Assembly: GCA_950097015.1 (NCBI GenBank)
Contig: CATNEN010000015.1
Span: forward strand, 806,001 to 870,000
Reading direction: 5' to 3'
DNA: 64,000 nucleotides
Source of the DNA: Macrostomum hystrix
Taxonomy: Eukaryota; Animalia; Platyhelminthes
The notes under the pieces are model-generated. The model had not been told where the DNA came from and ran no database searches. It saw only the letters and a list, made by a program, of their open reading frames with translations. Positions 12,302 to 24,722 of the stretch are shown piece after piece. The stretch's first letter is position 1. Each line of letters opens with the position of its first letter. The position numbers were made by a program, and so were the translations under genes.

Positions 12302-13864
12302 TAAATATACTAATTTTCACGTGTTGTTTGTCTGTGTGTGTGTCTGTGTGTGTGTGTGTCAGTTCGACATCTCCTCCTAGAATACTGGCAACTCAGCGTT
12401 GAAACTTATATGGGAAAATGGGAAATTTTCCGAGGAAGGCTATAGGCTATTTTAATTCTGAAATTTCAAATTCTATGATCCTCAAAAAAGCAGAAAGGCT
12501 ATTAAGTAGTATATAGTAGGCAAATGTCCTTCCCGCTGTGATGAAATTGGCCTCGGTTAAATGAGTTGCGTCAACATTTTGTGCCTATCTGTTCAGTGTA
12601 TTTTCTCTCCAGTGGAGGGTTGGCAGTCGGTTTGAAAATGGGGCGGAGAGTTGGCCGTACGCACATTCTAACTGTCCCTGTGTATTGGCGGAGAGAGGGT
12701 GCCGCGAGTTATTTCTATTGAGGGGTCTGATTTGTTCAATATTGAAGTGCGTACAATGGGCAGGGCAGAGTTGGCTGGGTTAAAATTCAATTGATAAAAT
12801 TATCGGGCCTCTCAGTGTAGGCGGAGAAGAATGTGCTTACTAAAAAACTGGCTGCCCTTTGCGCTAAAGGCAATGAAATTTCAACTGTGAATTATTATTT
12901 TGCTTTTTAACATTTGAAAAGAACTGAGGCGATTTGAGATCAGGCAATGGGAGATCAGGCAATGGGAGATCAGGCGATAGGAGATCAGGCGATAGGAGAT
13001 GAGGCGATAGGAGATCGGTCGATGGGAGATCAGGCGATGGGAGATCAGGCGACGGGAGATGAGCCGATGGGAGATGAGGCGATGGGAGATCAGGCGATGG
13101 GAAATCAGGCGATGGGAGATGAGGCGATGGGAGATCAGGCGATGGGAGATCAGGCGATGGGAGATGTGGCGATGGGAGATGAAGCGATGGGAGATGAAGC
13201 GATGGGAGATGAGGCGATGGGAGATCAGGCGATGGGAGATGAGGCGATGGGAGATTAGACGATGGGAGATGATGCGATGGGAGATTAGGCGATGGGAGAT
13301 GAGGTGATGGGTGATCAGGTGATGGGAGATGAGGCGATGGGAGATGAGGCGGTGGGAGATGAAGCGATGGGAGATGAGGCGATGGGAGATCAGGCGATGG
13401 GAGATGAGGCGATGGGAGATGAGGCGATGGGAGATGAGGCGATGGGAGATGAGGCGATGGGAGATTAGGCGATGGGAGATCAGGCGATGGGAGATGAGGC
13501 GATGGGAGATGAGGCGATGGGAGATCAGGCGATGGGAGATCAGGCGATAGGAGATGACGCGATGGGAGATCAGGCGATGGGAGATGATGCGATGGGAGAT
13601 TAGGCGATGGGAGATGAGGTGATGGGTGATCAGGTGATGGGAGATGAGGCGATGGGAGATGAGGCGATGGGAGATGAAGCGATGGGAGATGAGGCGATGG
13701 GAGATCAGGCGATGGGAGATGAGGCGATGGGAGATGAGGCGATGGGAGATGAAGCGATGGGAGATGAGGCGATGGGAGATGAGGCGATGGGAGATGAGGC
13801 GATGGGAGATGAGGCGATGGGAGTTCTCTCCCCTCAACCTCCTCCGGAGGAGGAGTTTAGCTCG
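12302..13864 (+). mobile_element. Helitron-like family A, unit 2 (short form)
   Basis: Same body as unit 1; starts TAAATATAC (no TC); 15-bp array ~12925-13823; same palindrome + CTCG end. Confidence 0.75.
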
Positions 13865-16507
13865 TAAATATACTAATTTTCACGTGTTGTTTGTCTGTGT
13901 GTGTGTCTGTGTGTGTGTGTGTGTGTCAGTTCGACATCTCCTCCTAGAATACTGGCAACTCAGCGTTGAAACTTATATGGGAAAATGGGAAATTTTCCGA
14001 GGAAGGCTATAGGCTATTTTAATTTTGAAATTTCAAATTCTATCATCCTCAAAAAAGCAGAAAGGCTATTAAGTAGTATATAGTAGGCAAATGTCCTTCC
14101 CGCTGTGATGAAATTGGCCTCGGTTAAATGAGTTGCGTCAACATTTTGTGCCTATCTGTTTAGTGTATTTTCTCTCCAGTGGAGGGTTGGCAGTCGGTTT
14201 GAAAAAAAATGGGGCGGAGAGGTGGCCGTACGCACATTCTAACTGCCTCTGTGTATTGGCGGAGAGAGGGTGCCGTTAGTCAGTTCTATTGAGGGGTCTG
14301 ATTTGTTCAATATTGAAGTGCGTACAATGGGCAGGGCAGAGTTGGCTGGGTTAAAATTCAATTTATAAAATTTGCGGGCCTCTCAGTGTAGGCGGAGAAG
14401 AATGTGCTTACTAAACTGGCTGCCTTTTGCAGAAATTTCAACTGAGAATTATTAATTTGCTTTTTTAAGATTTGTGGATAAAATTTGTACTGCTGGAGAG
14501 AACTTGAAGTTCTAAATCCAGAGATATAAATTTCATTGCTGAATTCCGAAAATTGGGGATGCCAAGGGCAAATAAAGTTTTTATACTTTTGCAATGCTTT
14601 CAGCTGAGTGTACAGTGTCTCGGCGAGATTGCTAAGGAGAGAGAATTCGCCACAATACAGTTTCACACATTCCTATTCTCGAAGGCGGACTGTTGAATTT
14701 TATTTATTGAAATTCGCACCTCTGACTGAGCGGGGCCCGGAGAACTCGCTGTTGTCAATATTAATGGCTCGGACTTCACCTGTTTTAACGGGTGGGGTTT
14801 AATTTAAAGTTGATGGAGTTCGCGCGATATGATTTCTAGCCCCTCAATCTTATCCGAAAGTTGTCGTCTATTTTAATTCTGAAGATTCTGGGCATGGTAG
14901 CTAAAGAAAAATTGGTCAATTTTGAATTGTTTTCAACAGTTTAGTCGGACAAAAGGCGGTTTACGCACATTGCTACTTTCAGACATCATTGGGTGAGGAG
15001 TTTTTGGTTAGATGAGGCGATGGGAGATGTGGCGACGGAAGATGAGGCAATGGGAGTTTAGGCGATGAGAGATGAGGCGATGGGAGATGAGGCGATGGGA
15101 GATGAGGCGATGGGAGATGAGGCGATGAGAGATGAGGCGATGAAAGATGACGCGATGGGAGATCAGGCGACGGGAGATGAGGGGATAGGAGATCAGGCGA
15201 TGGGAGATGAGGCGATGGGAGATCAGGCGACGGGAGATGAGGGGATGGGAGATCAGGCGATGGGAGATTAGGCGACGGGAGATGAGGGGATGGGAGATCA
15301 GGCGATGGGAGATCAGGCGATGGTAGATGAGGCGATGAAAGATGAGGCGATAGGAGATGAGGCGATGGGAGATTATGCGATGGGAGATGAGGCGATGGGA
15401 GATGAGGCGATGGGAGATGAGGCGATGGGAGATCAGGCGATGGGAGATGTGGCGACTGGAGATGAGGTGATGGGAGATCAGGCGATAGGAGATGACGCGA
15501 TGGGAGATGAGGCGATGGGAGATGAGACGATGGGAGATCAGGCAATGGGAGATCAGGCGATGGGAGATTAGGCGATGGGAGATTAGGCGATGGGAGATGA
15601 GGCGATGGGAGATCAGGCGATTGGAGATCAGGCGATTGGAGATGAGGCGATGGGAGATCAGCCGATGGGAGATCAGCCGATGGGACATTAGGCGATGGGA
15701 GATCAGGCAATGGGAGATCAGGCGGGGGAAGATCAGGCGATGGGAGATCAGGCGATGGGAGATCAGGCGATGGGAGATCGGGCGATGGGAGATGAGGCGA
15801 TGGGAGATCAGGCGATGGGAGATGAGGGGATGGGAGATCAGGCGATAGGAGATGAGGCGATGGGAGATGAGGTGATGGGAGATGAGACGGTGGGAGATCA
15901 GGCGGGGGAAGATCAGGCGATGGGAGATCAGGCGATGGGAGATGAGGCGATGGGAGATTAGGCGATGGGAGATCAGGCGATAGGAGATGAGGCGATGGGA
16001 GATGAGACGATGGGAGATGATGCGATGGGAGATTAGGCGATGGGAGATGAGGTGATGGGTGATCAGGTGATGGGAGATGAGGCGATGGGAGATGAGGCGA
16101 TGGGAGATGAAGCGATGGGAGATGAGGCGATGGGAGATCAGGCGATGGGAGATCAGGCGATGGGAGATCAGGCGATGGGAGATGAGGGGATGGGAGATCA
16201 GGCGACGGGAGATGAGGCGATGGGAGATGAGGCGATGGGAGATGAGGCGATGGGAGATGAGGCGATGGGAGATGAGGCGATGGGAGATGAGGCGATGGGA
16301 GATTAGGCGATGGGAGATCAGGCGATGGGAGATTAGGCGATGGGAGATGAGGCGATGGGAGATGAGGCGATGGGAGATGAGGCGATGGGAGATGAGGCGA
16401 TGGGAGATTAGGCGATGGGAGATCAGGCGATAGGAGATGACGCGATGGGAGATCAGGCGATGGGAGTTCTCTCCTCTCAACCTCCTCCGGAGGAGGAGTT
16501 TAGCTCG
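13865..16507 (+). mobile_element. Helitron-like family A, unit 3 (long form)
   Basis: Same termini; extra ~580-bp block ~14428-15009; 15-bp array ~15010-16466. Confidence 0.75.
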
Positions 16508-17897
16508 TAAATATACTAATTTTCACGTGTTGTTTGTCTGTCTGTGTGTGTGTGTGTCAGTTCGACATCTCCTCCTAGAATACTGGCAACTCAGCGTTGA
16601 AACTTATATGGGAAAATGGGAAATTTTCCGAGGAAGGCTATAGGCTATTTTAATTCTGAAATTTCAAATTCTATGATCCTCAAAAAAGCAGAAAGGCTAT
16701 TAAGTAGTATATAGTAGGCAAATGTCCTTCCCGCTTAGACGAAATTGGCTTTGGTTAAATGAGTTGCGTCAACATTTTCTGCCTATCTGTTCAGTGTATT
16801 TTCTCTCCAGTGGAGGGTTGGCAGTCGGTTTGAAAATGGGGCGGAGAGGAGGCCGTACGCACATTCTAACTGTCCCTGTGTATTGGCGGAGAGAGGGTGC
16901 CGCGAGTTATTTCTATTGAGGGGTCTGATTTGTTCAATATTGAAGTGCGTACAATGGGCAGGGCAGAGTTGGCTGGGTTAAAATTCAATTGATAAAATTT
17001 GCGGGCCTCTCAGTGTAGGCGGAGAAGAATGTACTTACTAAAAAACTGGCTGCCCTTTGCGCTAAAGGCAATGAAATTTCAACTGTGAATTATTATTTTG
17101 CTTTTTAACATTTGAAAAGAACTGAGGCGATTTGAGATCAGGCAATGGGAGATCAGGCAATGGGAGATCAGGCGATGGGAGATCAGGCGATCGGAGATGA
17201 GGCGATGGGAGATCAGGCGATGGGAGATCAGGCGATGGGAGATCAGGCAACGGGAGATGAGCCGATGGGAGATCAGGCGATGGGAGATCAGGCGATGGGA
17301 GATCAGGCGATGGGAGATGAGGCGATGGGAGATCAGGCGATGGGAGATCAGGCGATGGGAGATGAGGCAATGGGAGATGAGGCGACGGGAGATGAGGCGA
17401 TGGGAGATCAGGCGATGGGAGATGAGGCGATGGGAGATGAGGCGATGGGAGATGAGGGGATGGGAGATCAGGCGATGGGAGATGAGGCGATGGAAGATGA
17501 GGCGATGGGAGATGAGGGGATGGGAGATGAGGCGATGGGAGATGTGGCGACGGGAGATGAGGCAATGGGAGATGAGGCGATGGGAGATGCGGTGATCGGT
17601 GATCAGGTGATGGGAGATGAGGCGATGGGAGATGAGGCGATGGGAGATGAGGCGATGGGAGATCAGGCGATGGGAGATGAGGCGATGGGAGATGAGGCGA
17701 TGGGAGATGAGGCGATGGAAGATGAGGCGATGGGAGATCAGGCGATGGAAGATCAGGCGATAGGAGATGAGGCGATGGGAGATGAGGCGATGGGAGATGA
17801 GACGGTGGGAGATCAGGCGGGGGAAGATCAGGCGATTGGAGATCAGGCGATCGGAGTTCTCTCCCCTCAACCTCCTCCGGAGGAGGAGTTTAGCTCG
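16508..17897 (+). mobile_element. Helitron-like family A, unit 4 (short form)
   Basis: Same termini and body; 15-bp array ~17123-17856. Confidence 0.75.
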
Positions 17898-20135
17898 TAA
17901 ATATACTAATTTTCACGTGTTGTTTGTCTGTCTGTGTGTGTGTGTGTCAGTTCGACATCTCCTCCTAGAATACTGGCAACTCAGCGTTGAAACTTATATG
18001 GGAAAATGGGAAATTTTCCGAGGAAGGCTATAGGCTATTTTAATTCTGAAATTTCAAATTCTATGATCCTCAAAAAAGCAGAAAGGCTATTAAGTAGTAT
18101 ATAGTAGGCAAATGTCCTTCCCGCTGTGATGAAATTGGCCTCGGTTAAATGAGTTGCGTCAACATTTTGTGCCTATCTGTTCAGTGTATTTTCTCTCCAG
18201 TGGAGGGTTGGCAGTCGGTTTGAAAATGGGGCGGAGAGGAGGCCGTACGCACATTCTAACTGCCTCTGTGTATTGGCGGAGAGAGGGTGCCGTTAGTCAG
18301 TTCTATTGAGGGGTCTGATTTGTTCAATATTGAAGTGCGTTTAATGGGCAGGGCAGAGTTGGCTGGGTTGAAAATAAATTTTAAAATTTGCGGGCCTCTC
18401 AGTGTAGGCGGAGAAGAATGTGCTTACTAAACTGGCTGCCCTTTGCGCTAAAGGCAATGAAATTTCAACTGTGAATTATTATTTTGCTTTTTAACATTTG
18501 AAAAGAACTTAGGCGATTTGAGATCAGGCAATGCGAGATCAGGCAATGGGAGATCAGGCGATGGGAGATCAGGCAATGGGAGATCAGCCGATGGGAGATT
18601 AGGCGATGGGAGATGAGGCGATGGGAGATCAGCCGATGGGAGATCAGCCGATGGGAGATTAGGCGATGGGAGATGAGGCGATGGGAGATCAGGCAATGGG
18701 AGATCAGGCGATGGGAGATTAGGCGATGGGAGATTAGGCGATGGGAGATGAGGCGATTGGAGATGAGGCGATGGGAGATGAGGCGATGGGAGATTAGGCG
18801 ATGGGAGATCAGGCGATGGGAGATCAGGCAATGGGAGATCAGGCGATGGGAGATTAGGCGATGGGAGATTAGGCGATGGGAGATCAGGCGATGGGAGATG
18901 AGGCGATGGGAGATTAGGCGATGGGAGATGAGGCGATGGGAGATGAGGCGATGGGAGATGAGGCGATGGGAGATGAGGCGATGGGAGATTAGGCGATGGG
19001 AGATCAGGCGATGGGAGATCAGGCAATGGGAGATCAGGCGATGGGAGATTAGGCGATGGGAGATTAGGCGATGGGAGATGAGGCGATGGGAGATTAGGCG
19101 ATGGGAGATGAGGCGATGGGAGATGAGGCGATGGGAGATGAGGCGATGGGAGATGAGGCGATGGGAGATTAGGCGATGGGAGATCAGGCGATGGGAGATC
19201 AGGCAATGGGAGATCAGGCGATGGGAGATTAGGCGATGGGAGATTAGGCGATGGGAGATGAGGCGATGGGAGATTAGGCGATGGGAGATCAGGCGATTGG
19301 AGATGAGGCGATGGGAGATCAGCCGATGGGAGATCAGCCGATGGGAGATTAGGTGATGGGAGATGAGGCGATGGGAGATCAGGCAATGGGAGATCAGGCG
19401 ATGGGAGATGAGGCGATGGGAAATCAGGCGATGGCGATGGGAGATGTGGCGATGGGAGATGTGGCGATGTGAGATTAGGCGATGGGAGATTAGGCGATGG
19501 GAGATGAGGCGATGGGAGATTAGGCGATGGGAGATGAGGCGATGGGAGATGAGGCGATGGGAGATGAGGCGATGGGAAATCAGGCGATGGCGATGGGAGA
19601 TGAGGCGATGGGAGATGAGACGATGGGAGATGATGCGATGGGAGATGAGGCGATGGGAGATGAGGCGATGGGAGATGAGGCGATGGGAGATCAGGCGGGG
19701 GAAGATCAGGCGATAGGAGATGAGGCGATGGGAGATGAGGCGATGGGAGATCAGGCGACGGGAGATGAGGCGATGGGAGATCAGGCGATGGGAGATGAGG
19801 CGATGGGAGATCAGGCGATGGGAGATTAGGCGATGGGAGATGAGGCGATGGGAGATGAGGCAATGGGAGATGAGGCGATGGGAGATGAGGCGATGGGAGA
19901 TCAGGCGATGGGAGATGTGGCGACGGGAGATGAGGCAATGGGATATTAGGCGATGGGAGATCAGGTAATGGGAGATCTGGCGATGGGAGATCAGGCGATA
20001 GGAGATGAGGCGATGGGAGATGAGGCGATGGGAGATGAGACGGTGGGAGATCAGGCGGGGGAAGATCAGGCGATTGGAGATCAGGCGATGGCAGTTCTCT
20101 CCCCTTAACCTCCTCCGGAGGAGGAGTTTAGCTCG
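17898..20135 (+). mobile_element. Helitron-like family A, unit 5 (short form)
   Basis: Same termini and body; 15-bp array ~18510-20094. Confidence 0.75.
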
Positions 20136-20160
20136 TCTAAATATACTAAAATTCACGTGT

Positions 20161-20195
<35 letters not shown>

Positions 20196-22590
20196 TGGTT
20201 ATCTCCTCCTAGAATACTGACAAGTCAACTTTGAAACTTATATGGGAAAATGGGAAATTTTCCTGGTCAGGCTATAGGCTATTTTAATTCTGAAATTTCG
20301 AATTCTATGATCCTCAAAAAAGCAGAAAGGCTATTAAGTAGTATATAGTAGGCAAATGTCCTTCCCGCTGTGATGAAATTGGCCTCGGTTAAATGAGTTG
20401 CGTCAACATTTTGTGCCTATCTGTTTAGTGTATTTTCTCTCCAGTGGAGGGTTGGCAGTCGGTTTGAAAATGGGGCAGAGAGGAGGCCGTACGCACATTC
20501 TAACTGTCCCTGTGTATTGGCGGAGAGAGGGTGCCGTTAGTCAGTTCTATTGAGGGGTCTGATTTGTTCAATATTGAAGTGCGTACAATGGGCAGGGCAG
20601 AGTTGGCTGGGTTAAAATTCAATTGATAAAATTGCGGGCCTCTCAGTGTAGGCGGAGAAGAATGTGCTTACTAAACTGGCTGCCTTTTGCAGAAATTTCA
20701 ACTGAGAATTATTATTTTGCTTTTTTAAGATTTGTGGATAAAATTTGTACTGCTGGAGAGAACTTGAAGTTCTAAATCCAGAGATATAAATTTCATTGCT
20801 GAATTCCGAAAATTGGGGATGCCAAGGGCAAATAAAGTTTTTATACTTTTGCAATGCTTTCAGCTGAGTGTACAGTGTCTCCGCTAGATTGCTAAGGAGA
20901 GAGAATTCGCCACAATACAGTTTCACACATTCCTATTCTCGAAGGCGGGCTGTTGAATTTTATTTATTGAAATTCGCACCTCTGACTGAGCGGGGCCCGG
21001 AGAACTGGCTGTCGTCAATATTAATGGCTCGGACTTCATCTGTTTTAACGGGTGGGGTTTAATTTAAAGTTGATGGAGTTCGCGCGATATGATTTCTAGC
21101 CCCTCAATCTTATCCGAAAGTTGTCGTCTATTTTAATTCTGAAGATTCTGGGCATGGTAGCTAAAGAAAAATTGGTCAATTTTGAATTGTTTTCAACAGT
21201 TTAGTCGGACAAAAGGCGGTTTACAAACATTGCTACTTCCAGACATCATTGGGTGAGGAGTTTTTGGTTAGTCAGTTTGGACACTGAGGTCTGAACTCTC
21301 TGAATTGAATATAAAATGACTGTACATTCACGCAAGATCGCACGGGGTGATGAGGCGATGGGAGATCAGGCAATGGGAGATCAGGCGATGGGAGATTAGG
21401 CGATGGGAGATCAGGCGATGGGAGATGAGGGGATGGGAGTTTAGGCGATGGGAGATGAGGCGATGGGAGATGAGGCGATGGGAGATGAGGCGATAGGAGA
21501 TGAGGCGATAGGAGATGAGGCGATGGGAGATGTGGCGACGGGAGATGAGGCGATGGGAGATGAGGCGATGGGAGATGAGGCGATAGGAGATGAGGCGATT
21601 GTAGATGTGGCGACGGAAAATGAGGCAATGGGAGTTTAGGCGATGGGAGATGTGACGACGGGAGATGAGGTGATGGGTGATCAGGTGAAGGGAGATGAGG
21701 CGATGGGAGATGAGGCGATGGGAGATGAGGCGACGGGAGATGAGGGGATGGGAGATCAGGCGATGGGAGATGAGGCGACGGGAGATGAGGGGATGGGAGA
21801 TCAGGCGATGGGAGATGAGGCAATGGAAGATGAGGCGATGGGAGATGAGGGGATGGGAGATGAGGCGATGGGAGATGAGGCGATGGGAGATGAGGCGATG
21901 GGAGATGAGGGGATGGGAGATCAGGCGATGGGAGATGAGGCGATGGGAGATGAGGCGATGGGAGATGAGGGGATGGGAGATGAGGCGATGGGAGATGAGG
22001 CGATGGGAGATGAGGCGATGGGAGATGAGGTGATGGGAGATGAGGCGACGGGAGATGAGGGGATGGGTGATCAGGCGATGGGAGATGAGGCGATGGAAGA
22101 TGAGGCAATGGAAGATGAGGCGATGGGAGATGAGGGGATGGGAGATGAGGCGATGGGAGATGAGGCGATGGGAGATGAGGCGATGGGAGATGAGGGGATG
22201 GGAGATCAGGCGATGGGAGATGAGGCGATGGGAGATGAGGCGATGGGAGATCAGGCGATGGGAGATCAGGCGATAGGAGATGAGGCGATGGGAGATGAGG
22301 CGATGGGAGATGTGGCGACGGGAGATGAGGCAATGGGAGATCAGGCGATAGGAGATCAGGCGATGGGAGATGAGGCGATTGGAGATGAGACGGTGGGAGA
22401 TGAGGCGATGGGAGATGTGGCGACGGGAGATGAGGCAATGGGAGATCAGGCGATAGGAGATCAGGCGATGGGAGATGAGGCGATTGGAGATGAGACGGTG
22501 GGAGATCAGGCGGGGGAAGATCAGGCGATTGGAGATCAGGCGATGGGAGTTCTCTCCCCTCAACCTCCTCCGGAGGAGGAGTTTAGCTCG
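20136..22590 (+). mobile_element. Helitron-like family A, unit 6 (long form; intact TC 5' end)
   Basis: Junction reads CTCG|TCTAAATATAC; extra block ~20687-21343; 15-bp array ~21344-22549; palindrome + CTCG end. Confidence 0.75.
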
Positions 22591-22613
22591 TAAATATACT
22601 AAAATTCACGTGT

Positions 22614-22648
<35 letters not shown>

Positions 22649-24662
22649 TGGTTATCTCCTCCTAGAATACTGACAAGTCAACTTTGAAACTTATATGGGA
22701 AAATGGGAAATTTTCCTGGTCAGGCTATAGGCTATTTTAATTCTGAAATTTCAAATTCTATGATCCTCAAAAAAGCAGAAAGGCTATTAAGTAGTATATA
22801 GTAGGCTAATGTCCTTCCCGCTGTGATGAAATTGGCCTCGGTTAAATGAGTTGCGTCAACATTTTGTGCCTATCTGTTTAGTGTATTTTCTCTCCAGTGG
22901 AGGGTTGGCAGTCGGTTTTAAAATGGGGCGGAGAGTTGGCCGTACGCACATTCTAACTGCCCCTGTGTATTGGCGGAGAGAGGGTGCCGCGAGTTATTGC
23001 CGCTATTGAGGGGTCTGATTTGTTCAATATTGAAGTGCGTATAATGGGCAGGGCAGAGTTGGCTGGGTTAAAATTCAATTGATAAAATTTGCGGGCCTCT
23101 CTGTGTAGGCGGAGAAGAATGTACTTACTAAAAAACTGGCTGCCCTTTGCGCTAAAGGCAATGAAATTTCAACTGTGAATTATTATTTTGCTTTTTAACA
23201 TTTGAAAAGAACTGAGGCGATTTGAGATCAGGCAATGGGAGATCAGGCAATGGGAGATCAGGCGATGGGAGATCAGGCGATGGGAGATGTGGCGACGGGA
23301 GATGAGGCAATGAGAAATGAGGCGATGGGAGATCAGGCGATGGGAGATCAGGCGACGGGAGATGAGCCGATGGGAGATCAGGCGATGGGAGATCAGGCGA
23401 TGGGAGATCAGGCGATGGGAGATGAGGCGATGGGAGATCAGGCGATGGGAGATCAGGCGATGGGAGATGTGGCGACGGGAGATGAGGCAATGAGAAATGA
23501 GGCGATGGGAGATCAGGCGATTGGAGATGTGGCGACGGGAGATGAGGCGATGGGAGATCAGGCGATGGGAGATGTGGCGACGGGAGATGAGGCAATGAGA
23601 AATGAGGCGATGGGAGATCAGGCGATAGGAGATGTGGCGACGGGAGATGAGGCGATGGGAGATCAGGCGATGGGAGATGAGGCGATGGGAGATGAGGCGA
23701 TGGGAGATTAGGCGATGGGAGATGAGGCGATAGGAGATGAGGCGATGGGAGATGAGACGATGGGAGATGATGCGATGGGAGATTAGGCGACGGGAGATGA
23801 GGCAATGGGAGATTAGGCGATGGGAGATCAGGCAATGGGAGATCTGGCGATGGGAGATCAGGCAATGGGAGATCTGGCGATGGGAGATCAGGCGATAGGA
23901 GATGAGGCGATGGGAGATGAGGCGATGGGAGATGAGACGGTGTGAGATCAGGCGGGGGAAGATCAGGCGACGGGAGATGAGGCGATGGGAGATGAGGCGA
24001 TGGGAGATCAGGCGATGGGAGATGAGGCGATGGGAGATGAGGCGATGGGAGATGAGGCGATGGGAGATGAGGCGATGGGAGATTAGGCGATGGGAGATCA
24101 GGCGATAGGAGATGACGCGATGGGAGATCAGGCGATGGGAGATCAGGCGATAGGAGATGACGCGATGGGAGATCAGGCGATGGGAGATCAGGCGATGGTA
24201 GATGAGGCGATGAAAGATGAGGCGATGGGAGATCAGGCGATAGGAGATGAGGGGATGGGAGATCAGGCGATGGGAGATCAGGCGATGGGAGATCAGGTGA
24301 TGGGAGATCAGGCGATGGGAGATCAGGCGACGGGAGATGAGGGGATGGGAGATCAGGCGATGGGAGATCAGGTGATGGGAGATCAGGCGATGGGAGATGT
24401 GGCGACGGGAGATGAGGTGATGGGTGATCAGGTGAAGGGAGATGAGGCGATGGGAGATGAGGCGATGGGAGATTAGGCGATGGGAGATGAGGCAATAGGA
24501 GATGAGGCGATGGGACATCAGGCGATAGGAGATGAGGCGATGGGAGATGAGGCGATGGGAGATGAGACGGTGGGAGATCAGGCGGGGGAAGATCAGGCGA
24601 TTGGAGATCAGGCGATGGGAGTTTTCTCCCCTCAACCTCCTCCGGAGGAGGAGTTTAGCTCG
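22591..24662 (+). mobile_element. Helitron-like family A, unit 7 (short form)
   Basis: Starts TAAATATAC; 15-bp array ~23213-24621; palindrome at 24636-24651; CTCG at 24659-24662. Confidence 0.75.
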
Positions 24663-24722
24663 TAATATACTAAAAATGAAAATCTTTCTAATATACTAAA
24701 AATGAAAATCTTGCTTGTCTTA
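24663..24722 (+). repeat. Two truncated tandem copies of the family-B Helitron 5' terminus
   Basis: 24663-24686 TAATATACTAAAAATGAAAATCTT (TC missing) and 24687-24722 TCTAATATACTAAAAATGAAAATCTTGCTTGTCTTA precede the full-length 5' end at 24723. Confidence 0.8.

Larger units (their letters stand above)
11275..24621 (+). repeat. Seven 15-bp minisatellite arrays, consensus GGGAGAT(C/G)AGGCGAT, one inside each family-A unit
   Basis: 15-bp periodicity read directly; arrays ~0.73-1.6 kb each; source of the MGDEA/RRWEM/HRLIS/PHLPS pentapeptide ORFs. Confidence 0.97.

Noticed and set aside
14358-21062. Duplicated short ORFs (MKLYCGEF..., MYSVSARL...) in long-form units
   Set aside because: Overlapping antisense ORFs in a TE interior with no recognisable domain; their duplication reflects element copy number.
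11213-24665. Long pentapeptide-repeat ORFs (HRLIS, PHLPS, MGDEA, RRWEM; up to 563 aa)
   Set aside because: A 15-bp period divisible by 3 yields open frames on both strands. Synonymous and non-synonymous changes are not distinguished, frames break at random, and the arrays lie inside non-coding TE units.
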